Source: Acetofilamentum sp.
GTDB lineage: Bacteria > Hydrothermota > 32-111
DNA length: 64,000 nt
Reading direction: 5' to 3'
NCBI GenBank assembly: GCA_020721805.1
Contig: DYMB01000001.1
Coordinates: forward strand, 43,261 to 107,260
Shown: one piece after another, positions 38,405-49,479 of the stretch
Layout: each line of letters starts with the position of its first letter
How positions within the stretch are numbered: position 1 is the first letter of the stretch
Position numbers and translations under genes: made by a program
Notes under the pieces: generated by a model
The model's database searches: none
The model's input: only the letters and a program-made list of their open reading frames with translations
What the model was told of the DNA's origin: nothing

Positions 38405-39179
38405 CCTGTTATTTCTGGTTTTCTTTATCATATCTTGTAATAATGATGATTATAAAATTTATATTGAGAAGAAAGATTATAAAAAAGCTTTGAAGATCGT
38501 TGAAGAAAAGTTCAAAACGAAACCTGATAAATTTTTATTATCCGATCTTATCCTTTTACTTGATCAGAACTTTTATGAAACCGAAAAGGCTGTAGATTAT
38601 GTTAGAAAATATCAATCGAAGGGAGGAGATTTTAAGGGTATCGAAAATATAGTTGGGACACTCTATTATAACTATGCTTTATCCTTCTATAAAAAAGGAG
38701 AACTCGATTCTTCCGAATACTATTCGAATGAGGCAGAAAGATTATCAGGAGAAAATTATAAGATTTATCTATTGCTGGGTAAAATAAATGTTAGAAAAGA
38801 AAAGTATGATATCGCAAAAGATCTTTTTTTAAAGGCACTTAAACTCGAAACAAGAGCATCTGAAATTTACAAATATCTTGGTAATATAGAATTTTTAAAA
38901 AACAGATTCAATAATGCTGAATATTACTATAAAGAAGGATTAAAGGTTGATTCCAACGATGTTCAGATACAGATGAATCTTTCCGAACTGTATTTAAAAA
39001 TGAAAAAAGAAAAAGAAGGAATTTTAATTTTGAAAAAAGTGATAGAGTTGGATTCGACCTATTTAGATGCTTTTGATAGATTGATCAAATATTATTATTT
39101 GAAAGGAAATAATGATTCGATTGAAAAATATATACGAATATATGAAAAAAAATCGAAGATTAAAGCGAAATTGAATTGA
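38388..39179 (+). CDS. TPR-repeat lipoprotein
   Basis: Trimmed start MKRYFNLLFLVFFIISCNNDD (lipobox IISC), then TPR units. The track ORF start at 38295 overlaps the upstream gene. Confidence 0.55.
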   Translation: MKRYFNLLFLVFFIISCNNDDYKIYIEKKDYKKALKIVEEKFKTKPDKFLLSDLILLLDQNFYETEKAVDYVRKYQSKGGDFKGIENIVGTLYYNYALSFYKKGELDSSEYYSNEAERLSGENYKIYLLLGKINVRKEKYDIAKDLFLKALKLETRASEIYKYLGNIEFLKNRFNNAEYYYKEGLKVDSNDVQIQMNLSELYLKMKKEKEGILILKKVIELDSTYLDAFDRLIKYYYLKGNNDSIEKYIRIYEKKSKIKAKLN

Positions 39180-39739
39180 AAGGAGAAAAGATGATAACTA
39201 GAGAAAAAGCGTTGGAACTTATCAGAGAAAATATCGATAATCAGAATTTGATAAAACATATGCTTGCCTGTGAAGTTTGCATGAAACACCTTGCGAAACA
39301 TTTTAATGAAAATGAAGAAACTTGGAGTATGGCTGGACTTTTACATGATCTTGATTATGCCAAAACTTCAAATGATCCAAAAAACCATGGCTTTATCACT
39401 CTTCAGATGTTAAAAGAATATTCTCTTCCACAGGATATCCTTGATGCTATAGTTGCACATCCGGGACATAAAGAAAGAGTAAAACTTATTGAAAAATCCT
39501 TATATTCAGTCGATCCCTTGACCGGATTGATAGTAGCTGCCGCTTTGATGCATCCTGAAAAAAAATTGGAAAAAATAGATGTTGATTTTATTACAAGAAG
39601 GTTTAATGAAAAAAGATTCGCTGCTGGAGCGAACAGACAGCAGATCCAGTCAATTGAAGAAACTGGTCTTTCACTGAGAGATTTTATAAATATATGTCTT
39701 GATGCTATGAAATCTATTTCAGCGGAACTTGGATTATGA
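39176..39739 (+). CDS. HD-domain (HDIG) phosphohydrolase
   Basis: 187 aa. H ... HDLD ... H ... D metal-binding pattern (KHMLACEV ... LLHDLDYAK ... VAHPG). Confidence 0.75.
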   Translation: MKGEKMITREKALELIRENIDNQNLIKHMLACEVCMKHLAKHFNENEETWSMAGLLHDLDYAKTSNDPKNHGFITLQMLKEYSLPQDILDAIVAHPGHKERVKLIEKSLYSVDPLTGLIVAAALMHPEKKLEKIDVDFITRRFNEKRFAAGANRQQIQSIEETGLSLRDFINICLDAMKSISAELGL

Positions 39740-40677
39740 GGGTTTTACAAACATATAATTTACCTTTCGATACTAAAAGTTTTTTTAAAAAGTATAACAT
39801 TGATGTCACAGTTTATGAGAATGGCATATCATATGAAACACTTTTAAATATTATAGAAAACTATGATGGTTTGATCTGCCTTTTAAGTGATAAAATAGAT
39901 GAAAATATTTTAAAGAATGCGAAAAATCTCAAAATCGTTTCAAATTATGCTGTTGGATATGATAACATAGATATAGATTATGCCAGAAAGAATGGTATCT
40001 ATGTTACCAACACCCCTGATGTGCTCTCAGAATCCACAGCGGATATAGTTTTTTCTCTCATACTCTCTGTATCCAGAAGGATCGTTGAGGCTGATAGTTT
40101 TGTTAGAGAAAACAGATTTAAAGGATGGAAACCTGATCTTTTACTTGGGGTTGAACTATATAAAAAGATTCTTGGTATATATGGTTTTGGAAGGATAGGA
40201 AAAGCTGTAGCAAAAAGAGCTAAAGGGTTCGGAATGGATGTCATATATAACACTAACAGAGAAGAGAAAAACGATTATGCATCCTATGTTGATTTTGATA
40301 CCCTTATAACAAAATCAGATTTTATCTCAATAAACACACCACTGAACGAATCCACCAGGTATAGATTTGATCTTGAAATATTCAAAAAGATGAAAAAAAA
40401 TGTTATATTAATAAACACGGCAAGAGGAAAGATAATAAAGGAAAAAGATTTAGTTTTTGCCTTAAAAAATAATCTTATTAAAGGTGCAGGACTTGATGTG
40501 TATGAAAATGAGCCTTTTGTTGAAAATGAACTACTTTCTATGAATAATGTTGTTCTGTTGCCACATATAGGAAGTGCTACTGTTGAAGCGAGAGGAAAGA
40601 TGGCAGAGATATGCACAGAATCTGTAGTTGAGGTGATCATAGAAAAAAGGAGGCCAGAAAAATGCGTAAACTGTTAG
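39736..40677 (+). CDS. D-isomer-specific 2-hydroxyacid dehydrogenase (PGDH/glyoxylate reductase-like), NAD-binding
   Basis: 313 aa. GIYGFGRIGKAVAKRA (Rossmann) and the catalytic R ... E ... H triad region LLPHIGSAT. Confidence 0.85.
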   Translation: MRVLQTYNLPFDTKSFFKKYNIDVTVYENGISYETLLNIIENYDGLICLLSDKIDENILKNAKNLKIVSNYAVGYDNIDIDYARKNGIYVTNTPDVLSESTADIVFSLILSVSRRIVEADSFVRENRFKGWKPDLLLGVELYKKILGIYGFGRIGKAVAKRAKGFGMDVIYNTNREEKNDYASYVDFDTLITKSDFISINTPLNESTRYRFDLEIFKKMKKNVILINTARGKIIKEKDLVFALKNNLIKGAGLDVYENEPFVENELLSMNNVVLLPHIGSATVEARGKMAEICTESVVEVIIEKRRPEKCVNC

Positions 40678-40982
40678 TTTTATCTATTCTTTTTGTTATA
40701 TTTTTACAACCTGTCCTCGGTGACAGTTTTTTCTCCGAGGATAAAATAGATCATCTCTTTACAACATTCGCCATAACAGCCTCTACTTCACTTTTTTCGA
40801 AAAGTATGTTAAAGGACAGTATAAATTTTGAAACTGTATCATTCTCGATAAGTTTACCAATAATCTTTTCATTCGGAAAAGAAATATATGATCACTTTTA
40901 TGATGGTGGGGTTTCATATAAAGATCTGATATACGATTTTATAGGTATAGGACTTGGATTTTTTGTTGTGAGGTTAAAATGA
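40662..40982 (+). CDS. Small secreted/lipoprotein-like hypothetical
   Basis: 106 aa, signal peptide MRKLLVLSILFVIFLQPVLG, no confident family. Confidence 0.35.
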   Translation: MRKLLVLSILFVIFLQPVLGDSFFSEDKIDHLFTTFAITASTSLFSKSMLKDSINFETVSFSISLPIIFSFGKEIYDHFYDGGVSYKDLIYDFIGIGLGFFVVRLK

Positions 40983-41209
40983 ATATTTTTAAAAAAAGAA
41001 AAGAAAAAAATGATAAGTTTGTAAAGATAAAATTGACTCCGACCGAAATGTTCTATACCAACGCGTTATCAATAGAGGCTTTGGTAAATATTCTTGAAAG
41101 AAAAAATATTCTAAAAAAGGGAGAAGTCCTTGAAGAGATTAAAAAATTGGGAAAAGAAAGAAAAGATAAAATGGAGGAGATAAATGAAAATATCAAAAAG
41201 AATAATTGA
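40979..41209 (+). CDS. Small hypothetical protein
   Basis: 76 aa basic/acidic helical ORF tightly packed in the + operon. Confidence 0.3.
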   Translation: MNIFKKRKEKNDKFVKIKLTPTEMFYTNALSIEALVNILERKNILKKGEVLEEIKKLGKERKDKMEEINENIKKNN

Positions 41210-42380
41210 TATGCAAGAATCACCGATAAGAAAACTCATCTCATATGCGGATGATGCAAAGAGCAGAGGAATCAAAATATATCATTTGAATATAGGGCAA
41301 CCCGATATTCCTACACCCGATTACATCTACGATGCTATAAAAAATTATTCTGAACATGTTTTAGCATATGGACCTTCACAGGGGTTGAAGATTGCAAGGG
41401 AAACCGTTGCCGAATATTTAAATAATATGAATTATGACATCAATCCCGATGAGATTTTTATAACCACTGGAGGTTCAGAGGCGATAATATTCGCAATGAT
41501 GACCGTTGCGGATTATGGCGATGAAATAATAATTCCAGAACCTTTTTATACCAATTATAACGGTTTCGCTTCTATGGCTGGATTAAAAGTTATACCACTT
41601 CTAACAAAGGTTGATACAGGTTTTCATCTTCCAGATGAGAATGAGATAGAAAAACTTATAACTTCCAGAACGAAGGCGATTCTTATATGTTCTCCAAACA
41701 ATCCGACTGGAACAATATTCACAAAAGAAGAGATGGAAATGGTTGTAAAAATAGCGAAAAAACATAACCTTTTTGTCCTTTCCGATGAAGTTTACAGAGA
41801 ATTTGTTTTTGATAACAAAAAACAGACTTCTATACTCGAAGTTGATGGGAGTGCTGAACTTTCCATAATGCTTGATTCGATCTCCAAAAGATTTTCAGCC
41901 TGTGGCGCACGAATAGGTTATCTTGTATCAAAAAATAGAAATGTTATGAAAGGGGTTCTAAAACTCGGACAGGCAAGATTGTGTCCTCCTACGATAGAAC
42001 AGATAGGAATGATAGAAGGATATAAACATATGAACGAATTTATGAAACAGATGATAGAGGAATATCAAAAAAGAAGAGATGTCGTATTCAACAACCTTAT
42101 GAAGGTTGAAGGAGTTTTTACAAGAAAGCCTGAAGGTGCCTTTTATGTTGTTGTCAAACTACCTGTGGATGATGCTGATAATTTTGCAAAATGGATGCTG
42201 ACCGATTTTCAAATTGATGGAAAAACTGTTATGGTTGCACCTGCTAATGGTTTCTATGCTACACCCGATAAAGGAAAGGATGAGATAAGGATAGCGTATG
42301 TGTTGAATGTGAAAGAACTAGAAGATGCTATTAAAATCCTTGCTTCTGGAATTAAAGAGTATAACAAGAGGTTTGGTTGA
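41184..42380 (+). CDS. PLP-dependent aminotransferase class I/II (AspAT-like)
   Basis: 398 aa. SISKRFSACGARIGY (PLP-Lys), N ... PTG region SPNNPTGT. Confidence 0.85.
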   Translation: MKISKRIIDMQESPIRKLISYADDAKSRGIKIYHLNIGQPDIPTPDYIYDAIKNYSEHVLAYGPSQGLKIARETVAEYLNNMNYDINPDEIFITTGGSEAIIFAMMTVADYGDEIIIPEPFYTNYNGFASMAGLKVIPLLTKVDTGFHLPDENEIEKLITSRTKAILICSPNNPTGTIFTKEEMEMVVKIAKKHNLFVLSDEVYREFVFDNKKQTSILEVDGSAELSIMLDSISKRFSACGARIGYLVSKNRNVMKGVLKLGQARLCPPTIEQIGMIEGYKHMNEFMKQMIEEYQKRRDVVFNNLMKVEGVFTRKPEGAFYVVVKLPVDDADNFAKWMLTDFQIDGKTVMVAPANGFYATPDKGKDEIRIAYVLNVKELEDAIKILASGIKEYNKRFG

Positions 42381-43396
42381 TGGACAGGATAATTTTTGAA
42401 AACAGGTTAAGTTCATACCTTTTACTATTTCTTTTTTTTCTCATAACATCCTTCGTTTTTCTTTTTTTATATATTTACTTTCAGAATAAACCTAAAAGCA
42501 GGATAAAACCTTTTTTGACTCCTTTTATATTTTTACTCTATTCTATATCCTTCAACATCTCACTCTTATCTTTTACAAAATATACACAGGTTTACAATCT
42601 GGTAAAACACTCTACAAAAATATTGTATGTTTTTACCTTTACCTTGTTGTTTATAAAAGTTTCTTATCTTTTGATCGAAAAAATAAATAGAAATAAGGAT
42701 ATAAAAGAAAGAATACACCTTACGGATCAGATAATTTTACTTTTTAAGAGGACGATCCTTTTAGTTTCAATATTTATCTCTTCAATGATAATTTTAAGTT
42801 TCCTGGGAGTGAACATATTATCATTTGTTGCAGGATTTGGAATATTAAGTGGTGCTATAGCACTCGCTTCTCAGGAAGTTTTAACAAACATCATAGGAGG
42901 TATAACAATATTCTTTTCAAAAGATATAAAGGTTGGAGATCTAGTCGATATAGATGGTGAAACAGGCTATGTTTCGAATATAGGATTGAGGGTAACAACC
43001 TTAAAAAGGTTTGATAATAAGACTGTTATAATCCCAAACGGTAGGGTTGTGAAAAGTACCATTGTAAACCATACGGATGTTAATTCAAATAAAATTTCAT
43101 ATACCATACAACTTGAATATCAAACTCCGGTTGAGAAAATAAAAAAAGCTATAGAGATCATAACAGGTATACTTAGCGGTTGTGATCAGATAAAGGATAA
43201 AAATTCAATAAATGTTGGATTCTACAAATTTGATAAATATTCTTTAAATCTCTATGTAAATTTCTCAATAGATAAAGACTCAGATATGGGAGAGGTAAAA
43301 GAATATTTTAATTATCTTTTAAAGTACAATTTTGATAAGGAAGGGCTGAATTTTGCTTTTCCAACACAAACGATAGAATTGAAAAATAAGGAGTGA
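42377..43396 (+). CDS. mscS: Small-conductance mechanosensitive channel (MscS family)
   Basis: 339 aa, 3 TM helices, then [61 protein letters not shown]. Confidence 0.8.
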   Translation: MMDRIIFENRLSSYLLLFLFFLITSFVFLFLYIYFQNKPKSRIKPFLTPFIFLLYSISFNISLLSFTKYTQVYNLVKHSTKILYVFTFTLLFIKVSYLLIEKINRNKDIKERIHLTDQIILLFKRTILLVSIFISSMIILSFLGVNILSFVAGFGILSGAIALASQEVLTNIIGGITIFFSKDIKVGDLVDIDGETGYVSNIGLRVTTLKRFDNKTVIIPNGRVVKSTIVNHTDVNSNKISYTIQLEYQTPVEKIKKAIEIITGILSGCDQIKDKNSINVGFYKFDKYSLNLYVNFSIDKDSDMGEVKEYFNYLLKYNFDKEGLNFAFPTQTIELKNKE

Positions 43397-44643
43397 TTAT
43401 GGAAAAAGAAAATTTAAAAAGAATCGATCCAGAGATCTATAATGCTATAGAAAATGAGAAAAAAAGGCAGACAGAGAAAATCGAACTTATAGCTTCGGAG
43501 AATTTTGTTTCCGATGCTGTTCTTGAAGCACTTGGAAGTGTTATGACCAACAAGTATGCAGAGGGTTATCCTGCTAAAAGATATTATGGAGGATGTGAAT
43601 TTGTTGATGTTGCAGAGAATCTAGCAAGAGAGAGAGCGAAACAACTCTTTAAAGCGGATCATGCCAATGTTCAGCCTCATTCTGGTTCTCAAGCGAATAT
43701 GGTTGCATATTTTGCATTTCTAAAACCTGGAGATACTTTTATGGGTCTTGATCTTTCTCATGGAGGACATCTTACCCACGGTCATCCAATAAGTTTCTCG
43801 GGGATTCTTTACAATGCGGTTCATTATGGAGTTGAAAAGGATACTGAAGTTATAGATTACAAAAAATTAAATGAAAAGGTAAAAGAAGTAAAACCAAAAA
43901 TGATAATAACGGGAGCAAGTGCATATCCGAGGTTCTTTGATTTTGCTAAATTTAAAGAAATATCTGATCAGGTTGGTGCAAAACTTATAGTCGATATAGC
44001 ACATATAGCGGGTCTTGTTGCTGCAGGATTACATCCTTCACCTATTCCATATGCTGATATTGTAACATCCACCACACATAAAACTTTAAGGGGACCAAGA
44101 GGTGGATTAATTCTGTGTAAGGAAGAATACGCATCTGTTGTGGATAAAACACTCTTCCCCGGTATTCAGGGAGGACCCTTGATGCATGTTATTGCAGCAA
44201 AGGCTGTAGCTTTCAAAGAGGCAACAGAGCCATCTTTTAAAGAATATCAAAATCAAGTTTTAAAAAATGCCAAACAACTTGCCCAATCTCTTATGGAAAA
44301 AGGATACCGTCTTGTTTCAGGAGGAACTGATACACATTTGATGCTTGTTGATCTGAGGAGTAAAAGAATTACAGGGAAAATAGCTGAAAAATCTCTGGAT
44401 AAAGCCGGGATCACGGTTAATAAAAACACCATACCGTTTGATCCGGAAAAACCTTTTGTAACGAGTGGCATTAGGATAGGAACACCTGCAATGACAACAA
44501 GGGGAATGAAGGAAGATGAGATGAAAAAAATAGCTACTTTTATAGATCGTGTTTTGTCAAATGTTGAAAATGAAGATGAGATAAATAAAATTAAAGAGGA
44601 AGTGAAAGAATTCACATCAAGTTTTAAACTTTTTTCTTGGTAA
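43393..44643 (+). CDS. glyA: Serine hydroxymethyltransferase
   Basis: 416 aa. LIASENFVS and the PLP site [14 protein letters not shown]. Confidence 0.97.
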   Translation: MIMEKENLKRIDPEIYNAIENEKKRQTEKIELIASENFVSDAVLEALGSVMTNKYAEGYPAKRYYGGCEFVDVAENLARERAKQLFKADHANVQPHSGSQANMVAYFAFLKPGDTFMGLDLSHGGHLTHGHPISFSGILYNAVHYGVEKDTEVIDYKKLNEKVKEVKPKMIITGASAYPRFFDFAKFKEISDQVGAKLIVDIAHIAGLVAAGLHPSPIPYADIVTSTTHKTLRGPRGGLILCKEEYASVVDKTLFPGIQGGPLMHVIAAKAVAFKEATEPSFKEYQNQVLKNAKQLAQSLMEKGYRLVSGGTDTHLMLVDLRSKRITGKIAEKSLDKAGITVNKNTIPFDPEKPFVTSGIRIGTPAMTTRGMKEDEMKKIATFIDRVLSNVENEDEINKIKEEVKEFTSSFKLFSW

Positions 44644-44656
44644 GAAGGAGTAATAA

Positions 44657-45901
44657 ATGGCAATAATAAAACCTTTTAAAGGAATAAGGCCGATTAAGAG
44701 TAAAGTGGAAGAGGTTGCTGCACCGCCTTATGATGTAGTATCGGTGAAGGAAGCAAGGGATTATGTTAAAGCAAAAGAGTATTCATTTTTAAGAGTTGAA
44801 AAATCAGAGATTGAATGTCCTGATGAATGGGATGTCCATGATGAGAGAATATTTCATAAAGGGAAAGAAAACTTTGAGAAATTTTTAAAAGATAAGGTTA
44901 TGAAACAGGATGATGGTGAGTACATCTATCTATACAAACAGATTATGGGAAAACATGAACAGGTTGGAATAGTCGCCTGCGCATCGGTTGATGATTATAT
45001 AAATGATGTTATAAAAAAACATGAACATACAAGGCAGGATAAGGAGATGGAAAGATCGATGCATATCGATATTATTGATGCCAACACAGGTCCAGTTTTT
45101 CTAACCTATAGAAGAGAAAACGAAGTCGATGAGATCGTTGATGAATTTTTACAAAAAAGTAAACCTGAGTATGATTTTTATGATGAACTTAATGTCAGAC
45201 ATATTTTTTACATTATCAAGGATCCAAATATTATAAAAAGGATAGTAAAGATATTTTCAAAGGTTGAAGACCTTTATGTTGCCGATGGCCATCACAGGTC
45301 AGCCGCTGCTGTAAGAATCGCTAGGAAAAGAAGGAGCGAACTCAAAAAATATACAGGTAAAGAAGAGTTCAACTATTTTCTTTCAGTGATCTATCCTGAC
45401 AACCAGCTTCAGATTATGGATTATAACAGAGTTGTTAAAGATCTTAATGGATCCACTAAAGAAAAATTTTTTGAGGAGTTGAAAAAGAAATTTAAAATAA
45501 CAGAGTTAAAATTTGCAAAAAAACCTGAAAAGATACATAATTTTACTATGTATCTTGATGGGAAATGGTATTGTTTAAAAGCCAATGAGGAGATAATTTT
45601 TAGACTAGATCCTATAAAGTCTTTAGATGTTTCAATCTTACAGGACAATATCTTGGATCCGATTCTTGGTATAAAGGAACCCAGAACCGATAAAAGGATA
45701 AACTTTGTTGGTGGCATAAGGGGAATCGAAGAGTTACAAAGATTGGTTGATTCAAAAGAGTATAAAGTAGCATTTGCTTTGTATCCAACAACAATGGAAC
45801 AGTTGATGAATGTTGCTGATTCTGGAAAAGTTATGCCGCCAAAATCGACATGGTTTGAACCAAAATTAAGAAGTGGACTTATAGTTCACAGATTGTCTTG
45901 A
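44657..45901 (+). CDS. DUF1015-family protein
   Basis: 414 aa. N-terminus IKPFKGIRP ... APPYDVVS, characteristic of DUF1015. Confidence 0.65.
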   Translation: MAIIKPFKGIRPIKSKVEEVAAPPYDVVSVKEARDYVKAKEYSFLRVEKSEIECPDEWDVHDERIFHKGKENFEKFLKDKVMKQDDGEYIYLYKQIMGKHEQVGIVACASVDDYINDVIKKHEHTRQDKEMERSMHIDIIDANTGPVFLTYRRENEVDEIVDEFLQKSKPEYDFYDELNVRHIFYIIKDPNIIKRIVKIFSKVEDLYVADGHHRSAAAVRIARKRRSELKKYTGKEEFNYFLSVIYPDNQLQIMDYNRVVKDLNGSTKEKFFEELKKKFKITELKFAKKPEKIHNFTMYLDGKWYCLKANEEIIFRLDPIKSLDVSILQDNILDPILGIKEPRTDKRINFVGGIRGIEELQRLVDSKEYKVAFALYPTTMEQLMNVADSGKVMPPKSTWFEPKLRSGLIVHRLS

Positions 45902-46687
45902 GTTTTTGATTATTTTGTATATTAAAAAAACAAGAAATGAAACTATTATCATACAGGGACCAGTTGGAAGATCAAAAATGAACGAAATTAATATTCCAGA
46001 GAAAGAGAGTATAAGATTAAAAAGAAAGTTAAACAAAAACATTTTATAGAGATCCGTAAAAAGTTCTTTTGTTATCAAGGGGGCTATGGTTAAAAATACT
46101 ATGTTAACTATAACCCCTGAGATTTTTATCATTATTATTATCCCAAGAGTTATAACAAAATAAAAGATTGTATCAACAAGATTATTGTTAACACCTGTTA
46201 TCTTTGCATATTCGGCATCAAGTAAGATGAAGACAAGTTCTTTAAGGAACATAAAAAATATTATTATGGTTATAATTAAAAATATGAAAAGTATCTTTAA
46301 ATCAAAATTACTTATAGAGAGAATATTTCCAAAAAGATATCCTAAAAAATATCCAGAATAACCTTTTGTAAAACTCAAAAAGATGATTCCGATTGACATA
46401 CCAAGACTCCATATCATTGAAATTGTGGAATCATCATCTATTTTTAATTTTTTACCAAGAAAGAATAGTGTTAAAACGAAAACAATCGTAAAAGGAATGG
46501 TTACAAGAATAGGATTCAATGATAAAAACAGACCAATACCTATACCACCAAAAGCAGCATGGGAAATCCCACCTGAAATATATGTGATTCTTCTTAAGAC
46601 TATAAAAGTTCCAATTATCGATGCAAGCATAGAGTAGAGTAACAGCGCAATTATTATCGATTGAAAAAATTTATAGCCTAAAATCAT
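45866..46687 (-). CDS. znuB: Metal (Zn/Mn) ABC transporter permease, ABC-3 family
   Basis: 273 aa with 8-9 TM helices and an ABC-3 signature region. Operon with an ATPase and a TroA-like SBP. Confidence 0.75.
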   Translation of the reverse strand: MILGYKFFQSIIIALLLYSMLASIIGTFIVLRRITYISGGISHAAFGGIGIGLFLSLNPILVTIPFTIVFVLTLFFLGKKLKIDDDSTISMIWSLGMSIGIIFLSFTKGYSGYFLGYLFGNILSISNFDLKILFIFLIITIIIFFMFLKELVFILLDAEYAKITGVNNNLVDTIFYFVITLGIIIMIKISGVIVNIVFLTIAPLITKELFTDLYKMFLFNFLFNLILSFSGILISFIFDLPTGPCMIIVSFLVFLIYKIIKNSRQSVNYKSTS

Positions 46688-47400
46688 AATATTTTATGAT
46701 CCTTATGATCTATAATGTTTAACTCAAAACCATACATTCTGTTCATTATTTTTTCCATATTTTTATCTAAATTTCCATCAAAGTTTATTCTCCTGTTTAG
46801 GCAGATTATTCTTTTTATCTTTTTTGATAAAACACCAAGATCGTGTGAGACAAAGATTATAGACATTTTTTTCTGTAATATCTCGAGAAGGTCATAAAAT
46901 TCGGATTGAGCCTTAAAATCTATAAAAGATGTCGGTTCATCGAGTATCACAATCGATGGATCGTTAACAAGTGCTCTTGCCAGCAGAACCTTTTGTAGTT
47001 CTCCTCCCGAAAGGTTTTTCAATCTTTTTTTAGCCAGATTTTCAATATTGAGTAAATTTAAGATTTCAAAAAGTTTTTTGTTATCCATAGGTTCAGACTT
47101 TTTAAACAATCCTCTATATCTTGCAAGAAGAATAAAATCTTTTACAGAAATTGGGAAGTCAATGTAATTTGATTTTTGTGGTAAATATCCAAATTTCAAC
47201 TTATCCTTTTTTACTATCGTTCCTGACAGTGGTTTATAAAGGCCAAGGATCAACTTTAAGAGTGTTGTTTTGCCTCCACCGTTTGGGCCTATTATTGCGA
47301 TCAACTCATTTTTAAAAATCGTTAAATTGATATTGTCAAGAACGATATATTTATCAAAACTGAATGAAAGATTTTTAATCTCAATAAGAATCTCATTCAT
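46684..47400 (-). CDS. znuC: Metal ABC transporter ATP-binding protein
   Basis: 238 aa. GPNGGGKTT, LSGGELQKVLLARAL, ILDEPT. Confidence 0.85.
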   Translation of the reverse strand: MNEILIEIKNLSFSFDKYIVLDNINLTIFKNELIAIIGPNGGGKTTLLKLILGLYKPLSGTIVKKDKLKFGYLPQKSNYIDFPISVKDFILLARYRGLFKKSEPMDNKKLFEILNLLNIENLAKKRLKNLSGGELQKVLLARALVNDPSIVILDEPTSFIDFKAQSEFYDLLEILQKKMSIIFVSHDLGVLSKKIKRIICLNRRINFDGNLDKNMEKIMNRMYGFELNIIDHKDHKIL

Positions 47401-48215
47401 AAGCTTTTCATAAATTCTAAAATTTTTTCGAAATTTGTCAACGGATTTTCAAGCGGGTTTACGAATAATGTCTTTACCTTCAGCTCTTTTTGAAATCTGG
47501 CTGCATAGTTTGATGATGATATATTGGTATAGATAAATATTCTTACATTCTCCTTTGAAATATTTTTATCGAATCTTGTCAGATCTTTAATCGTTGTCAT
47601 ATCCTCATTCTCTGAAAGTTTTTCGATTTCAAGCCCAAATTCATTGCCTAAATATGCGAATGCATTGTGATCCACAAAAATTTTTCTAACATTTTTTTGA
47701 GAAACTGTTTTTTTGATCTCTTCTTTTAACGAATCCAGTCTTGTGATCAACCTCTCATACCTTTTTTTTAAACTATCCTTATCATCGATTCTATAAAAAC
47801 TGAAACTATCAAAAAGTATGGTCGAAAAAATTTTTAGATTATCCAGAGAGAGCCAGACATGTTTATCATAAATTGTTTTTAAGGTTTTTCCAAGTTCTAT
47901 TTTAATAGCTTTATTTGCATATTCTAATAATTGATTTTTATTTTTTTCCTCAAATTCCAGATTGGATTCGAGTGTTATAAAAAAATCTGCTCCGGAAAGA
48001 ATAACCAACTTTGAAGGTGATAATTCTGCAGTATGTGGATCGCTGTTTTTATCAAGAAGTGAAATGCTCGATGTTTTTGTAGTGTCAAGAAGTAAATCGA
48101 CGAACTCTTTTAAAGGCGAAATGGTTGAAACAACAACAGTTTTTTTTGTTTGAACATTTTTGCATGAAAAGATAAAACTTATAAGCAGAATTATAACAAA
48201 AACTTTACTTTTCAT
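47397..48215 (-). CDS. znuA: Metal-binding lipoprotein, TroA/ZnuA-like solute-binding protein
   Basis: 272 aa with lipobox FIFSC. DPHTAEL, DKHVWLSL and HNAFAYL match the ZnuA His motifs. Confidence 0.6.
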   Translation of the reverse strand: MKSKVFVIILLISFIFSCKNVQTKKTVVVSTISPLKEFVDLLLDTTKTSSISLLDKNSDPHTAELSPSKLVILSGADFFITLESNLEFEEKNKNQLLEYANKAIKIELGKTLKTIYDKHVWLSLDNLKIFSTILFDSFSFYRIDDKDSLKKRYERLITRLDSLKEEIKKTVSQKNVRKIFVDHNAFAYLGNEFGLEIEKLSENEDMTTIKDLTRFDKNISKENVRIFIYTNISSSNYAARFQKELKVKTLFVNPLENPLTNFEKILEFMKSL

Positions 48216-49479
48216 TTTTTAACTCCCGTTTTAATTTTTTGTAATAGTTTAATCTTTTTAACATATCTCTTTCGAATCCTCTTTCAACTGGAGAGTAAAA
48301 AATTTTTTCGGTTACCTTGTCTGGAAAATATTTTTCAACCACAAAACTGTTTTCATATTCTGGTGGATACTTGTAATCCTTTCCATATCCTTCTTTTATA
48401 TCAAACTCTGTAACAGGATTTCTAAATTTTAAAGGAACTTCAACATGTGAGGTTTCCTTGGCATAATCTATAGCGGATTGGTAAGCCTTATAAACGGATA
48501 TAGATTTCGGAGATAAAGCAAGATATATTGCACACTGTAAAAGTGATAGTTCACCTTCCGGAGATCCCAGTTTCTCATATGCCTCGTAGGCGTTGTTCGC
48601 TATGATCAGCGCCTGAGGATCAGCGTTTCCAATATCTTCGGATGCTATCCTTATCATTCTTCTACCTATATATAACGGATCTTCCCCACCTACTATCATC
48701 CGAGCAAAATAATATATTGCAGCATCAACATCACTTCCCCTTACGGATTTATGAAATGCTGATATTATGGTGTAGTGTTGATCACCTGATTTATCATACT
48801 GTATGAGTTTTTTTGAGGTTATCAGTTTTTCAAATTCCTTATCATCCTGTACATTTTTTAACTCATCGTAAAAATTTTGTATGATGTTTATCATCTGTCT
48901 TGCATCGTTGTTTGAAAGTTTAACTATCCTTTTTATTATATTTTCGTTTAAAGGATCTATGTTCAATTTTTTTAAAATATCGGTGGCGATTTCAATGAGA
49001 TCATCGTCTTCGAGACGATTGAAGATAAAAACAGTTGTTCTTGATAATAATGCTGGAACCAATTCGTAGGATGGGTTTTCAGTCGTTGTTCCAATAATGA
49101 TGATTTTACCATTTTCCACATAGGGTAACAAAGAATCCTGCTGTATTCTGTTCATACGATGTATCTCATCGATTATGATAAGAAGAGATGTTGAATGGGT
49201 TTCATCAACTATTTTTTTTAGATTCGTTGTTGAAAAATTTATCCCATTTATAGAGAGTTTTGGAAGTGTTAAACTGTTGGCTATTATATTCGCCAGGGTT
49301 GATTTGCCTGAACCGGGTGGACCAACAAAGATCATTGAACAGATTATATTTTTTTGTATAAATTTCCTTATCAGTCCATTCTCTCCAACAAGGTGTTTCT
49401 GTCCTACAAATTCGTCGAGTGATGTTGGTCTGAATTTTTGTGCAAAAGGTATAGTTTTAGAATCCATAGTTTCCATCAA
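48205..49479 (-). CDS. rarA: Replication-associated recombination protein A (MgsA/RarA AAA+ ATPase)
   Basis: 424 aa. FVGQKHL ... MIFVGPPGSGKSTLANIIA, DEIHRMN, and a C-terminal MgsA helical lid. Confidence 0.9.
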   Translation of the reverse strand: MMETMDSKTIPFAQKFRPTSLDEFVGQKHLVGENGLIRKFIQKNIICSMIFVGPPGSGKSTLANIIANSLTLPKLSINGINFSTTNLKKIVDETHSTSLLIIIDEIHRMNRIQQDSLLPYVENGKIIIIGTTTENPSYELVPALLSRTTVFIFNRLEDDDLIEIATDILKKLNIDPLNENIIKRIVKLSNNDARQMINIIQNFYDELKNVQDDKEFEKLITSKKLIQYDKSGDQHYTIISAFHKSVRGSDVDAAIYYFARMIVGGEDPLYIGRRMIRIASEDIGNADPQALIIANNAYEAYEKLGSPEGELSLLQCAIYLALSPKSISVYKAYQSAIDYAKETSHVEVPLKFRNPVTEFDIKEGYGKDYKYPPEYENSFVVEKYFPDKVTEKIFYSPVERGFERDMLKRLNYYKKLKRELKNEK

